Source: Macrostomum lignano (Eukaryota). Taken from it: DNA of 60,794 bases. The stretch's first letter is position 1; each line of letters opens with the position of its first letter. The notes under the pieces are model-generated. The model saw nothing but the letters and a program-made list of their open reading frames with translations, did not search any database and was not told the DNA's origin. Location of the stretch: the NCBI GenBank assembly GCA_002269645.1, contig NIVC01004096.1, positions 1 to 60,794 of the forward strand, given 5' to 3'. Of this stretch, positions 42,424-55,192 are shown piece by piece. A program made the translations under genes and the position numbers.

Positions 42424-42776
42424 AGGGCTGTGTGCACCCTGGCGCACTTTAAGCGACATAGGCACACAACCAGCGAGAGGCATTACTGCCCATTCCGCCG
42501 ACTCCCCTGAGCAGGCACACAAGCGCGCGGATACGTACGCAGTCATACGCACAGGCACACACTCACACAGGAGTGTACAGCGGCCCTAACTTTATTTATC
42601 GTTAGGCATGTACACTTCACTGTCCTTGGGGTTGGCCCTCAAGGGTGTCAACTACACGAGCAGAGCCAAGCCGAGATTCCAATTCAGCCCCAAATTAATG
42701 TGATGACTGCACTTGGAATCGAGCCTGGGCCGCTGGCACATTCCTGCCGCGCTGGACCACTGGGCTACGTCCAGCC
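42424..42776 (-). mobile_element. tRNA-derived SINE, copy 2 (better-preserved head)
   Basis: Minus strand TAGCCCAGTGG (A box) and GGCTCGATTCC (B-box-like); body shared with 13230-13565. Confidence 0.75.
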
Positions 42777-43528
42777 TTGGCCTAACCATAGTCCTCACTA
42801 ACCATAGATTTATGAAATGCTGTCACGGATATCAAGAAATGCTACTAAAAATAAGTAAGATACGTCATAAGCTCAACAGACAGACGCCTAAAGACAGGAT
42901 AAATTTACAAATAAAATTAACACTTTTTAGACACATCTTAATTAAGGAAACGATATCAAAACTCAGTTTATTATCTTAAGGTTACAAATAGAATGTATAA
43001 ATAAATATAAATATATGCATGAACATATTGCTTCGGTAAAATGAACAGATTAGTACAAGCAGCAGATAGAATATTGAAAAGCTGGAATATGGAAAGCAGT
43101 AGCTGGAATCGTCCTTCTAATGAATGGAATCAATGGATTCGCTTTATTTGGAATAATTCAGTTTCAAAAGATCAAAATTAAAAGAATTCGATTTTTAGTA
43201 ATAAAAATCGTTGGATAATCATTATTAATGAGTGGCCATTCGAAACAGCTGTCTAATTGAGCTGTACTGATTTAAACAAATTCGAATTACAAACGCTAAC
43301 CATGACGCGGAAAAAAATAAATTAAAATTTGGCAACAATAACAAATCGTTTTGGAATTTAATAACAATTCGACATTTCCGTAGTTTACAAGCCTTCCTGA
43401 TTAGCTGTTTAAACTAGAATATGTAGAATATAATAATAATAATTACTGGCAAAAGCGAATAAAGTGTCGTTAGTACTTAGTCAGCAGATTCGGATGGACA
43501 CTCTTCAACGGCTTATTATTAAAACCGA

Positions 43529-46500
43529 TCATTCCGCAGCTTTCTCGGCAGTGTCGCCGCTTTTGATCAAGTCTTTGTTGCCGTTCTGAAAGCAGATCAA
43601 AAGTTCAGAACTGATGCTGAAGTATGATAATACGAGTAACTAATAACACATAATAAACACACAAAAACACTAAAACTTTATTTTTATCACTTCATTGCAC
43701 CCATTGCTATTGCATCATTTCATCGCACCATTGCTATTGCATCATTTCATTGCACCCATTGCTATTGCATCATTTCATTGCACCCATTGCTATTGCATCA
43801 TTTCATTGCACCCATTGCTATTGCATAATTTCATTGCACCCATTGCTATTGCATCATTTCATTGCACCCATTGCTATTGCATCATTTCATTGCACCCATT
43901 GCTATTGCATCATTTCATTGCACCCATTGCTATTGCATCACTTCATTGCACCCATTGCTATTGCATCACTTCATTGCACCCATTGCTATTGAATCATTTC
44001 ATCGCACCATTGCTATTGCATCATTTCATTGCACCATTGTTATTGCATCATTTCATTGCACCCATTGCTATTGCATCATTTCATTGCACCCATTGCTATT
44101 GCATCACTTCATTGCACCCATTGCTATTGCATCACTTCATTGCACCCATTGCTATTGCATCACTTCATTGCACTATTGTTATTGCATCAACTCATAGCAG
44201 TGATAGCACCATCATGCATTACGCACCTCAGCGCCCGCAGCTGATGGCAGCTGTAGAAACGCGCCGACAGTGTCAACCTCGACTGCTTCAGAGAAGTCGT
44301 CCCCATCCTTGGAAAAACAAAAGTACATCTCTGATAAGTGCACGAGTACTTAAAATACTTGTACTAATTAAGTAGATAGAAAAACGAGATTAATCGAGTA
44401 CATAAAACATAAAACATCTTATCAAAAAATGAACTGATTGGAGATAACCAAGAAAGCACATGGACATGGAGGGAGGAAGTGGGGGGTAGAATTGATAATA
44501 TACTCACGCCTAGGTACGCATCATCTCGCATCAGGTGCGGTGGCACCACAGGCTTGCCATGGCTGCGAGCAGCAGTCTGCATCTGAGCTTTGAGCTCTGC
44601 ATTGGCGTCATCTGATATGTCAATCTCTTCATATTGTACATTCAAACTGTCCAGAATTCGCTTCACATATGCTTGACGTTCTTTGATCTAAAATGTGTAT
44701 TTGCATAGCCCTGTTTATGAACTTAAAATTTATATTTGTAGAATGGAATACTTTTTTAAATAAACTACATCTAGCTTCTGACCTCTCAGCTTTGACATCT
44801 CAGTAAGTCCCCCTAAATTAAGTTAAAAGTGTCAATAATGAATAAGTAGTTCCATTCTATTTTTATAATTTTTTGTCTTTCCAAAACAATACTAAATTGG
44901 ATTTTGTGCTATAGTCTGTAACTTTCATAGGTTCCTATTTAGTATAGTTGCCAGAAAATAAAGTATCCTATAGTTATAGCCAATTATTGAATATTAGCAA
45001 GAGTTTCTGCTTTTAGTGCTAAAATGAAAACTTCCTCTCTTTTTAAATGTATTTTATTGATAAAAGTGGCCTCTAAAAATTCTTACTTGCTTTTTTTTCT
45101 ATAAAACAAAACTATATAATACATTATTATCATAGTAGTAGCCAATGTTGGGCACCATTAATGAAAATCTTAACTTCTGTTAATGGCAAACACATTAGCA
45201 TCAAAACAAAAAAATCTTAACTTATTAACTCCTAATTTTGTTAATGTGGTGTCTGGCCTGTTGAGTGCTCTTGCACTTTTTGAGTTGTTTTTGCATGCAC
45301 CCTAGGCGGCCATCCCTAGACCAGTTCTGGCTGGTTGGGGGGGGGGGCACTTGGCCGAGCTTGAGTCTTTCCCTGCGACAGCCAATGATTGGCTGGGCTT
45401 GTGTTTTTGTGTTTTTCTTTTCTGGCCCACAGTCAATCAGATCTGCTTGGCGGGCATTATGATTGGCTGAGGGGTCATCTCTTTTGTTTGGCGTCTCTCT
45501 CGCGCTGTCTGCCCCTCTACCCTATTAATTGGTATATAGTGCTCAAGCCTAGCCCAGCCAGCTCCCTACTCTCCGCTCTGTGCCCCATGCCTAGCTTTTC
45601 AAACTAACCTAGCAATATTCAAATGAGCCATAAAGATGGTCTCTTATAGCAAAGACTCTAAATTTTGCATGCAATACTCAAGTGAGCTGTATCTATATGG
45701 TCTCTTATTGTGAGAACTCAATTGATTAGGAGCAAATAAAGCAGTCAAATGGTGGCAATAGTCAAACGAGCTCCATAGTTTGTGGCACCAATAAGACCCC
45801 AAGTTCATTTGCTTCTTTAGCTTTTCCGAGGCCTTGCTATAGCAGTGATTCCATAGCTAAAGCGTTATCATGCCTGTGACTGTGACCACTGCAGCATAGC
45901 AGTGTTGTATATTGTGTATTATTGTAGTACTATACTGGTTACTTTATATAGTGTGTACAACCTGCAGTATCGAAGCTAGAAGTACTCGAGAGTGTCACCT
46001 CACCAGACTGAGCTGCAGCTTGAACTCTGAATGTCACAACACCAGAGTGATTGAACTATTATTGCAAAGTGTCATCACACCTGCTCATATCCATAAAAGT
46101 ATGAGCGTATAGACAGAGCGTCACTACTCCTGTTATATTATATGTAACATATTTTACTCTAGACTGGGCACCCATACCAACCCGAGTTATGATGTTAAGT
46201 TAACTGAAAATTAACTGATAATCATTAATGTGCAATAATCTAATAAAGTTAACATAGAAAATACAGAAATCGCATTTTTTCCTAAACAAACTTCATAATA
46301 CATTGTCTTTGCTTTTTCATCTTTTTAGCAAAACACAGAGGTCATCCAAGCAATTTATACAAGCTAAAAAGGTAATAAAAATAATCTAAAAACTTATATG
46401 TATATTGTATAATATTATTAAAAGTAAGCATACAATAAATGTAACTTATTTAGCAATAAAGCTCACAACTTTAATTTATTATTAAAGTTCATTATTAAGA

Positions 46501-48626
46501 AGTTGTTATATTTTCATGATCATTGTCATAAACAAAGAGTTTAATTAGGCATTTAGATAAATTTAAATATGTTTGTAATGTTGTAACTTTTTTTAAACAT
46601 ATATTTTGCTGTTTTTTGCATCTTTAGTCATTGACATTGTCATTAATGTTAACAATGAATTTGTTGAAAGGGCAGATTTTAGGTAAGGACCCAAGAGGGT
46701 GGATGGGATGCAGCTCTATATTGTGGCAAAAATTCACTTGGTCTCTCTCTTGATTTTTTCTAGTCACTACCTAAAGGGAGAGCAACTGCTCCCTCCCTAG
46801 TTGCACAAGGGGGTTAGTTTATTTTTTATTTTATTTTTTATTTGTTATTTGCAATCCAGAATGGAATTCATGCACAAAAGTTGTTACGCATTTGTGCGCA
46901 CTTGTCAAATTTGTGCACGCTGAAAAGGAGACTTCTTGCGCACTCTTAAGAAGTGTGTGCGCGCTCCATTGTATGCGCTTGCGCAAGAAGCTTTTTGCCA
47001 CAGAATCACAGACAGGATTTGACTTTTATATGCATTTAACATGGTTATGTGCCATGTAGCATGTGTGCTCAAGTTTTCCTACTTTTCATAGTCTAGGTTG
47101 TTTTTACGCTGGAAAATTTCAAAACAAAAATAAAACAAAGAATAATAGTTTTTAGCAAAAACAGTTACTTTAAAGTTTAGTAAAACTCTTATAATTTTTA
47201 AAGGATAAAATTATAAGAATAAAGAATAAAAAAGAATATTTTTTCTAAAAAAATATAGTGTTCAAGCTACTTTACACTTGAAGTACAATTTTTTAATTTA
47301 CATTGGCATAGAATTCAAAAACTAGAAAAATGAAATTTCTATTTTGGCGCATGGGTCATGATCCGCATTATGCTTATTTTTATAGCTGGCATGCACACTT
47401 GCGCGCTGCTACAAAAATATGTGCGCCCATTTTCCTACCCCCAAGCAAGAATTCCATCCTAGTTTGCAATAAATGTTGTTTTACATGTGGTAAGTGGAAT
47501 ATGCAACCTTTTTAAATGAAATCATGCATTTGTAAGTTTTTTATAGTTGCTGCATTACAAAAATTAGTTGCTAAGTTTGACTTAGTCAAAAAATTATTAT
47601 ACAAATATGCAAGTTGGCTAAAAGGTATGCATATATATCCAAGTTTTTATTAGTATGCATGAAATATATCTAGGATTTTGTAAAAAAGTTCTATTAATTA
47701 TTATAGCAAATAAAAGTATTTAGGCTCTAAAATCCTTCTTTTATAAATGTCTTTTTTGCATATTGCAAAAGTGTATAATTTTTATATTTGTTAGACCCCA
47801 TAGGCCTAGTCTAGATCATGCTAGGTGCATGCTCAAACAAAAATTGAATAATTATAAATGTATGCCAAAAAATTGTGCACACCCATTCTCAAAAATATAC
47901 CACTGTTGCAACAATAAATGAATTTTTTTACATTGTGACAATAAATGACCTTTTTTAAATTGCATAATAGACCCTTATTTGCAATATAAAAATCAACCAA
48001 GTAGATTATTTGGTTGATTTTTATGCTTTTTGGGCAATACTATTCATAGCAAAAATTGATACATACAAAGTCTTGTTTAAATGCTTCTTTATGAATTATG
48101 AGCTTGAAATTTATGCTTACAAATTAACTTTCTTCATTTTTTCTACTTCACAATAACTTTTATGCGTGATTCTATAAAGTGCATGCATACTATTTTCTCA
48201 AGAGTGATACATGCCAATGCAACTGTGCATGCCTAATTTTGGCATGCAAGGCCAATGCACACCTGAATTTTCCGGCATATACTACATGATCTGGAGTGTG
48301 GGTTAGGCCTGCAGGAATAATAAATTTAAGAATGAAAAATGCATACAATTTTTCTATACAAAGTTGAAAACTTTTTTTAGTCCTGGTGTACAAATGTGGT
48401 TCTTTACTTTTTCCCCCACTAGACCTGGCATACACTAATACTAATAGTAATACTAAATCCAAATTATGCCTATGGCATGGGGTTTTAGTTTAGCCACTAG
48501 GGCCTACGTGAAAATTTCAGGCAAGCATTTGTAGCTCCATACAACAATAATATTGATTGGCAGATGAAAAATTAGACTCACCTTCATATTTCCAGAAACT
48601 GAGGAAACAAACAACTTTAATGACAT
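43529..48626 (-). CDS. SH3BGRL: SH3BGR-like thioredoxin-fold protein, 120 aa; exons 48626-48582, 44687-44508, 44307-44227, 43585-43529
   Basis: MSLKLFVSSVSGNMK|IKERQ..V..ILDS....YEEIDIS...PPHL......G|DGDDFSEAVE....AFLQL; all phase-0 GT-AG junctions; the last exon is less certain. Confidence 0.85.
43690..44195. repeat. 28-bp minisatellite (CATTGCTATTGCATCATTTCATTGCACC) filling SH3BGRL intron 3
   Basis: Direct tandem periodicity. Confidence 0.95.
46856..47462. mobile_element. 607-bp MITE, imperfect TIR C(C/T)AG(A/G)ATGGAATTC, 8-bp TSD TTTGCAAT, in SH3BGRL intron 1
   Basis: TSD at 46848-46855 and 47463-47470; TIRs readable at both ends. Confidence 0.75.
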
Positions 48627-49820
48627 AGCTTTGTCTTTGAAGGTGACTTAAATAATAGTGCAATTTATATCAATTGTATGCGGGTGTGCCTTGAGGCGAG
48701 GGGCTTCGCTTAGTAGGGTGGTCTGGGCACGCTCTTGCCTATTGCCTCTTATTACCAAAAATTGCAACAAATTAAACAGCAGTAGCCAATAGTAGAGCGT
48801 ATTTTTTAAACTATAAAAAAGCGCTATTTAAAGTCTACGAAAACGGTATTTGTACTTTAACAATTATTCAATTCCATCCGTGAGTTTAGAAAACGTTTCT
48901 CAGAACGTATTTTATACTTTAAAATCTCAAGAAATAACAAATAGTGGGCCGATAGAATAAAACAGCTGAGTAATAAACACATCTTGATCAGCGCCAATAT
49001 CACTAATTTTATTCTATGTGTTATCACACATATTTAAGGCTCAAAAATTTGATTTTACGTGTATGATACTGCCTGTCCGTGTAACAGTTAATCCGGCGCG
49101 TACGATGTGTCTCAACTGAGTCCAGGGTGCCAGTAGCTTGGCGCCAAGAGCAGAATATGTTTATGTCAACATATAAATATATTGTGAAACTAGTAAAATT
49201 ACAGTAACAGGGGTGCCATGCAGCACCATAGGAGTTGCGCATAGATGGAAGTAGGAGCGAGGCTGCTTCGGCAAACACTTGTGCCAAGAGCATCTCGTGT
49301 CGTTGATTTCCGATGCCTCTGTGTAAGCTGAATACGCCCGAAAAATTTGTTTTAAGTTATTAATAGCCTAAATTGAATTCCGAACTGTAGCGAATTTTAC
49401 TGGTGGGAGGCCAAGGGGTGAAATCTAAAGTTTACCCAAAAGTAATTAGCGAAACTACACTACTGTTCGTAAAAATTAAGTCTTATAAAGTATTGTCCTG
49501 CTCGAAACATTCTTTTAATGATTATGGGGTGTTCAACAGATCTCTCTCCACTCCATTAAACAAGACTCAAATCTCAGCTTCATACATGTAGGAGCAGGTC
49601 AATTAACTTAATTAACAGCATCTCAAGAGGTACATGTAATTCACCTTTATTTGTCCCAAAGTTATCACATATATATGTAAAATACAGTTACATTCTATGC
49701 AAAACCTCTCACTGCTGTATGATATTCTGCTACGAGCGTACAAGCCACAAGTAAGTATTATAGTTCTCTAGACGTTTATTAAAAAAGAGTTCTGTGGAAG
49801 AGTTTCTTCACTAGGGAAAA

Positions 49821-52800
49821 TCAGTCCAAAACAAAGTCGGTCTCCTTCAGCCTCATCATTGTGTCGCCCACCAGTCGAATGTCGTTCATGTCAACGACAA
49901 TGGAGGCGGCGATGCGGATGAACAGCGAGTCCTCGATGTTGAGAATCAGCAGGTCCATTTTGAGCTTGTAGGCCAGGAATTTCCACATGTTGCTCTCGAA
50001 TCTCGTCTCCTCGGCCTGCGATTTCAGGTTGCGGATGGGAAAGTAGAGAAGAAAGAGGAGAGGAGAGGAGAGGAGAGGATAGGAGAGGAGAAGAGAAGAG
50101 AGGAGAGGAGAGGAGAGGAGAGGAGAGGAGAGGAGAGGAGAGGAGAGGAGAGGAGAGGAGAGGAGAGGAGAGGAGAGGAGAGGAGAGGAGAGGAGAGGAG
50201 AGGAGAGAAGAGGAGAGGAGAGAAGAGGAGAGGAGAGGAGAGGAGAGGAGAGGAGAAGAGAGGAGAGGAGAGGAGAGGAGAGGACAGGAGAGGAGAGGAG
50301 AGGAAAAGAGAGGAGAGGAGAGGAGAGGAGAGGAGAGGAGAGGAGAGGAGAGGAGAGGAGAGGAGAGGAGAGGAGAGGAGAGGAGAGGAGAGGAGAGGAG
50401 AGGAGAGGAGAGGAGAAGGAAAGAGAGGAGAGGAGAGGGAAAGAGAGGAGAGGAGAGGAGAGGAGAGGAGAGGAAAGGAGAAGGAAAGAGAGGAGAGGAG
50501 AGGGAAAGAGAGGAGAGGAGAGGAAAGGAGAAGGAAAGAGAGGAGAGGAGAGGAAAAGAGAGGAGAGGAGAAGGAAAGAGAGGAGAGGAGAGGGAAAGAG
50601 AGGAGAGGAGAGGAGAGGAGAGGAGAGGAGAGGAGAGGAGAGGAGAGGAGAGGAGAGGAGAGGAGAGGAGAGGAGAGGAGAGGAGAGGAGAGGAGAGGAC
50701 AGGAGAGAAGAGGAGAGGAGAGGAGAGAAGAGGAGAGGAGAGGAGAGGAGAGAAGAGGAGAGGAGAGGAGAGGAGAGGAGAGGAGAGGAGAGGACAGGAG
50801 AGGAGAGGAGAGGAGAGGAGAAGAGAACTGAGGAGAGGAGAGGAGAGAAGAGGAGAGGAGAGGAGAGGAGAGGAGAGGAGAGGAGAGGAGAGGAGAGGAG
50901 AGGAGAGGAGAAGAGAGAAGAGGAGAGGAGAGGAGAGAAGAGGAGAGGAGAGAGGAATGAAGAGAGGAGGTCACAAACTCGACCTCTCCAAAGAAGAACT
51001 CACAAACTTCTTGATGGCGGGCCTCTGAAGATGCTGGGGTAGGCGGATGAGGCGCATGAACGGCGCCTGCATGTCAGCCGGCAGTCGGTGCCCCAGAATC
51101 AGATAGCTGCTGGCCTCATCAGCAGGCTGCCCGTAATTGGCCAGCAGACACTCACCAGACAGCGCCAGCAAATCTCGTCGATAAACTTCAAAGCTTCCGG
51201 GATGACGTAGAAGCTGCTGGTGTCCCTGGTGCCCAGGTAGGAGTACCTGTGCGGCAGCACCTCGTCATGGAGCAGCCAGGAGACAATGTCGGGTTTCATG
51301 GTGCTCACGTGAGCCTCGCCAATCCACATCAGAGCGACTGATTTCGGCAGGAAGTGCCACTTGTTGAGGTTGCCGAGGTAGAAGTCGGCGCCGATGTCCT
51401 CGATGTCCAGGTTTGGCACCTGGCCGATGGCGTGGGCCCCGTCGATGATCACCTTGATGCCCCGGCTGCGACACAGGGCTGTGAGCTCCTTCACTGGCAT
51501 CAGGCAGGCCGTGGTGCTCGTGATATGGTCTAAATAGGGGATGTCGGATAAGCGTTGCTGGGAGCCCTAGCTGCGCAGTATCTGTCACCCTGCCTGTCAC
51601 CTGTGTCACCCTGCCTGTCACCTGTGTCACCCTGCCTGTCACCTGTGTCACCCTGCCTGTCACATGTGTCACCATACCTGTCACCTGTGTCACCCTGTCT
51701 GTCACCTGTGTCACCCTGCCTGTCACCTGTGTCACCCTACCTGTCACCTGTGTCACCCTGCCTGTCACCTGTGTCACCCTGCCTGTCACCTGTGCCACAC
51801 TACCTGTAACCTGTGTCACCCTGCCTGTCAACTGTGTCACCCTGCCTGTCACCTGTGTCACCCTGCCTGTCACCTGTGTCACCCTGCCTGTCACCTGTGT
51901 CACCCTGCCTGTCACCTGTGCCACACTACCTGTAACCTGTGTCACCCTGCCTGTCAACTGTGTCACCCTGCCTGTCACCTGTGTCACCCTACCTGTCACC
52001 TGTAACCTGTGTCACTCTAACTGTCACCTGTGTCACCCTACCTGTCACCTGTGTCACCCTACCTGTCACCTGTGTCACCCTACCTGTCACCTGTGTCACT
52101 CTACCTATCACCTGTGTCACCCTACCTGTCACCTGTGTCACCCTACCTGTCCCTGTGTCACCTACCTGTCACCTGTGTCACTCTACCTATGTCACCTGTG
52201 TCACCCTACCTGTCACCTGTGTCACCCTACCTGTCACCTGTGTCACTCTACCTGTCACCTGTGTCACCCTAACTGTCACCTGTGTCACCCTACCTGTCAC
52301 CTGTGTCACCTGTGTCACCCTACCTGTCACCTGTGTCACCCTAACTGTCACCTGTGTCACCCTACCTGTCACCTGGGTCACCCACCTCATCGCCTGTCCC
52401 CCAGCTACATTCCTAAATTCTCCAGTGGGGTCGCACCGAACACAGCAATTCGAACTTTCGGCCTCCTGTCCAGCTCCTGCTCGACCGCCCGCAGCACGTC
52501 CTCGCCCGACTTCAGCGGCAGTTGAAGCTTCGCTTCGGGCGCCTCCCCGGCCTCCGTAGCAGCCATCCTGACGGCGATGTAGGTCCAGGAGTTGATGAGC
52601 ACCTGGGAGCCGGGCGGCTCCAGGGCCAACAGCCGGCGCAGAATGTTGGACACTCCGATGGTGACATTCTCCAGAAGGGCGCACTGCTGCGGCCGCACCC
52701 GAAGGCGCCTGGCGATGGCCTCCAGGCTGCTGTAGTTCAGATCCACCTGGCGGAGTCGAACGAACTCGTCGGCGAACGACTCGAACTCTTCGGTGAGTCT

Positions 52801-53953
52801 GCGGGCGGCAGATCAAAGGGAATGCTCAAGTAGGAGGTAGAGCTGTCTTATAAAATATTTGAAGCGGAAGGCTGAAGGCAGTGTCTGAAGGATCCGCTAA
52901 GGGTGTCTGTGCAGGATCCGCTAAGGGTGTCTGTGCAGGATCCGCTAAGGGTGTCTGTGGGATCCGCTAAGGGTGTCTGTGCAGGATCCGCTAAGGGTGT
53001 CTGTGCGATCCGCTAAAGTGTCTGTGCGATCCGCTAAGAGTGTTTGAGGGATCCGCTAAGGGTATTTGAGGGATCCGCTAAGGGTGTCTGTGGAATCCGC
53101 TAAGGGTGTCTGTGGGATCCGCTAAGGGTGTCTGAAGGATCCGCCAAGGCTGTCTGAGGGATCCGCTAAGGGTGTCTGAAGGATCCGCCAAGGCTGTCTG
53201 TGGGATCCGCTAAGGCTGTCTGTGGGATCCGCCAAGGCTGTCTGTGGGATCCGCCAAGGCTGTCTGAGGGATCCGCTAAGGGTGTCTGAAGGATCCGCCA
53301 AGGCTGTCTGTGGGATCCGCTAAGGCTGTCCGTGGGATCCGCTAAGGGTGTCTGTGGGATCCGCTAAGGGTGTCTGAGGGATCCGCTAAGGGTGTCTGAG
53401 GGATCCGCTAAGGGTGTCTGAGGGATCCGCTAAGGGTGTCTGAGGGATCCGCTAAGGGTGTCTGAAGGATCCGCCAAGGCTGTCTGAGGGATCCGCTAAG
53501 GGTGTCTGAGGGATCCGCTAAGGGATGTCAGACGGCCGCCACAAATAATTTTAAGTATTAGAAACGTCCTTAGGACTTTTTAGAATCTCTGAGAACTCTG
53601 AGAATTTGAGAAATCCTATCATTTCATGTATTCATTACTTCAAGGGATCAGGAATCATTTGTACCGCAGTTTGCAATCCAGAACGCTCTTCGGTGCCACC
53701 CCGAACGAGCCATTGTTCAGCATGAGGACGCCACGGCGAGCCACGTGGGGAAAGTGCTGCTCAAGCATCGGCCTGCCGAACTCAGCGGCTTGGAGCTGGC
53801 CGGATGTTTCTAAAAATAGAATTTTGAAGGGTGGATGAGGGGCGCTAATGAGGGGCGCTAATGAGCGGCGCTAATGAAGGGTTGTAATAAGAGGGGCAGT
53901 AATATTTTACTACATTCAAACTTGTTTCTCTTACCAGCTTCAGTTTCATCCAT
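49821..53953 (-). CDS. Class V PLP enzyme, Egt2 / L-cysteine desulfhydrase / isopenicillin N epimerase-like C-S lyase; exons 53953-53935, 53809-53665, 52798-52437, 51529-51004 (one net frame break near 51170), 50015-49821
   Basis: LNNGSFG, ENVT.G, D|HITS, IDGAHAIG, DFYLGNLNKW (PLP lysine), YLGTRD, APFMRLIRLP, FIRIAA. Confidence 0.85.
50040..50970. repeat. (AGGAG)n pure-purine microsatellite filling lyase intron 4
   Basis: About 930 bp of a 5-nt unit. Confidence 0.98.
51572..52385. repeat. 21-bp minisatellite (TGTCACCTGTGTCACCCTGCC) filling lyase intron 3
   Basis: Direct tandem periodicity. Confidence 0.95.
52889..53525. repeat. About 22-bp minisatellite (GGATCCGCTAAGGGTGTCTGTG) filling lyase intron 2
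   Basis: Direct tandem periodicity. Confidence 0.95.
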
Positions 53954-54399
53954 TGCCGTCAGAGTTGAAATAGACTTTGTTAATTTAAACTTAACTTTTT
54001 GAACTTTGAAGGCTAAATCGAAGGCTAAAACTGGCCTTGTGCTGCCGCCTGAAGCAGTGTCGCCTCTTTTAAAAGAAAATTATTCAACAGCTTTGTAACT
54101 TCGAACCAGTGTTAAATTTTGTCCGCAGATAGATAAAACTGGCAAAAAGGCGTTGCTTTTGATCTTATCTACGACTTCGGCACCATAACTGCATAGCGAG
54201 AGACAGCCTGAGCTATCTGTTCACCAAAATCTACTACAAACGCGTGAAAAGCTTCGGCTTCTTGATTTCTCCAAGGTTGGCCTGAATTGCGGGAAAGCGC
54301 AGGTGAAACCTTAACAGCCAAGGCCATTAACTTCTGCGGTGCAAGTCAAGGACATTTTTGCTGCTAAAATGATTAAAATTGCCTACAAAATGACAGACC

Positions 54400-54545
54400 C
54401 CGATCCCAGATCCCCGATCCCAGATCCCCGATCTCAGATCCCCGATCCCAGATCCCCGATCCCAGATCCCCGATCCCAGATCCCCGATCCCAGATCCCAG
54501 ATCCCAAATCCTCGATCCCAGATCCCAGATCCCAAATCCTCGATC
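54400..54545. repeat. 7-bp-based array (GATCCCA/GATCCCC)
   Basis: Direct tandem periodicity. Confidence 0.88.
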
Positions 54546-54835
54546 CTAAATAGCATAATAATATACTCGAATATTTTTGAAAATAGACAAGCAAACTTTA
54601 TTAAAAATAAACAGCAAGGCACTAATTGTGTTAAACAAAAGCCAGGATTCACGATGTACTCTAAGAAAATTGATTGAGCATAGTTTTTCATGCATAATTT
54701 GAATGAGAAAAAGTCAGCAGAAACGTTCTTGTCCACAATAGTAAGGTTGCAGTCGGATTCTGATCAAAACCGCGGTTCGCAAGTGGCGCTCATTGGATGA
54801 AGTCCCGGACAGGACAGAAACGGCAGGCCGTGAAC

Positions 54836-55192
54836 GGCAGTGTCAGGCAGTGTCAGGCAGTGTCAGGCAGTGTCAGGCAGTGTCAGGCAGTGTCAGGCAG
54901 TGTCAGGCAGTGTCAGGCAGTGTCAGGCAGTGTCAGGCAGTGTCAGGCAGTGTCAGGCAGTGTCAGGCAGTGTCAGGCAGTGTCAGGCAGTGTCAGGCAG
55001 TGTCAGGCAGTGTCAGGCAGTGTCAGGCAGTGTCAGGCAGTGTCAGGCAGTGTCAGGCAGTGTCAGGCAGTGTCAGGCAGTGTCAGGCAGTGTCAGGCAG
55101 TGTCAGGCAGTGTCAGGCAGTGTCAGGCAGTGTCAGGCAGTGTCAGGCAGTGTCAGGCAGTGTCAGGCAGTGTCAGGCAGTGTCAGGCAGTG
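54836..55192. repeat. Perfect (TGTCAGGCAG)35 array
   Basis: 35 identical 10-mers from 54841 to 55190. Confidence 0.98.
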
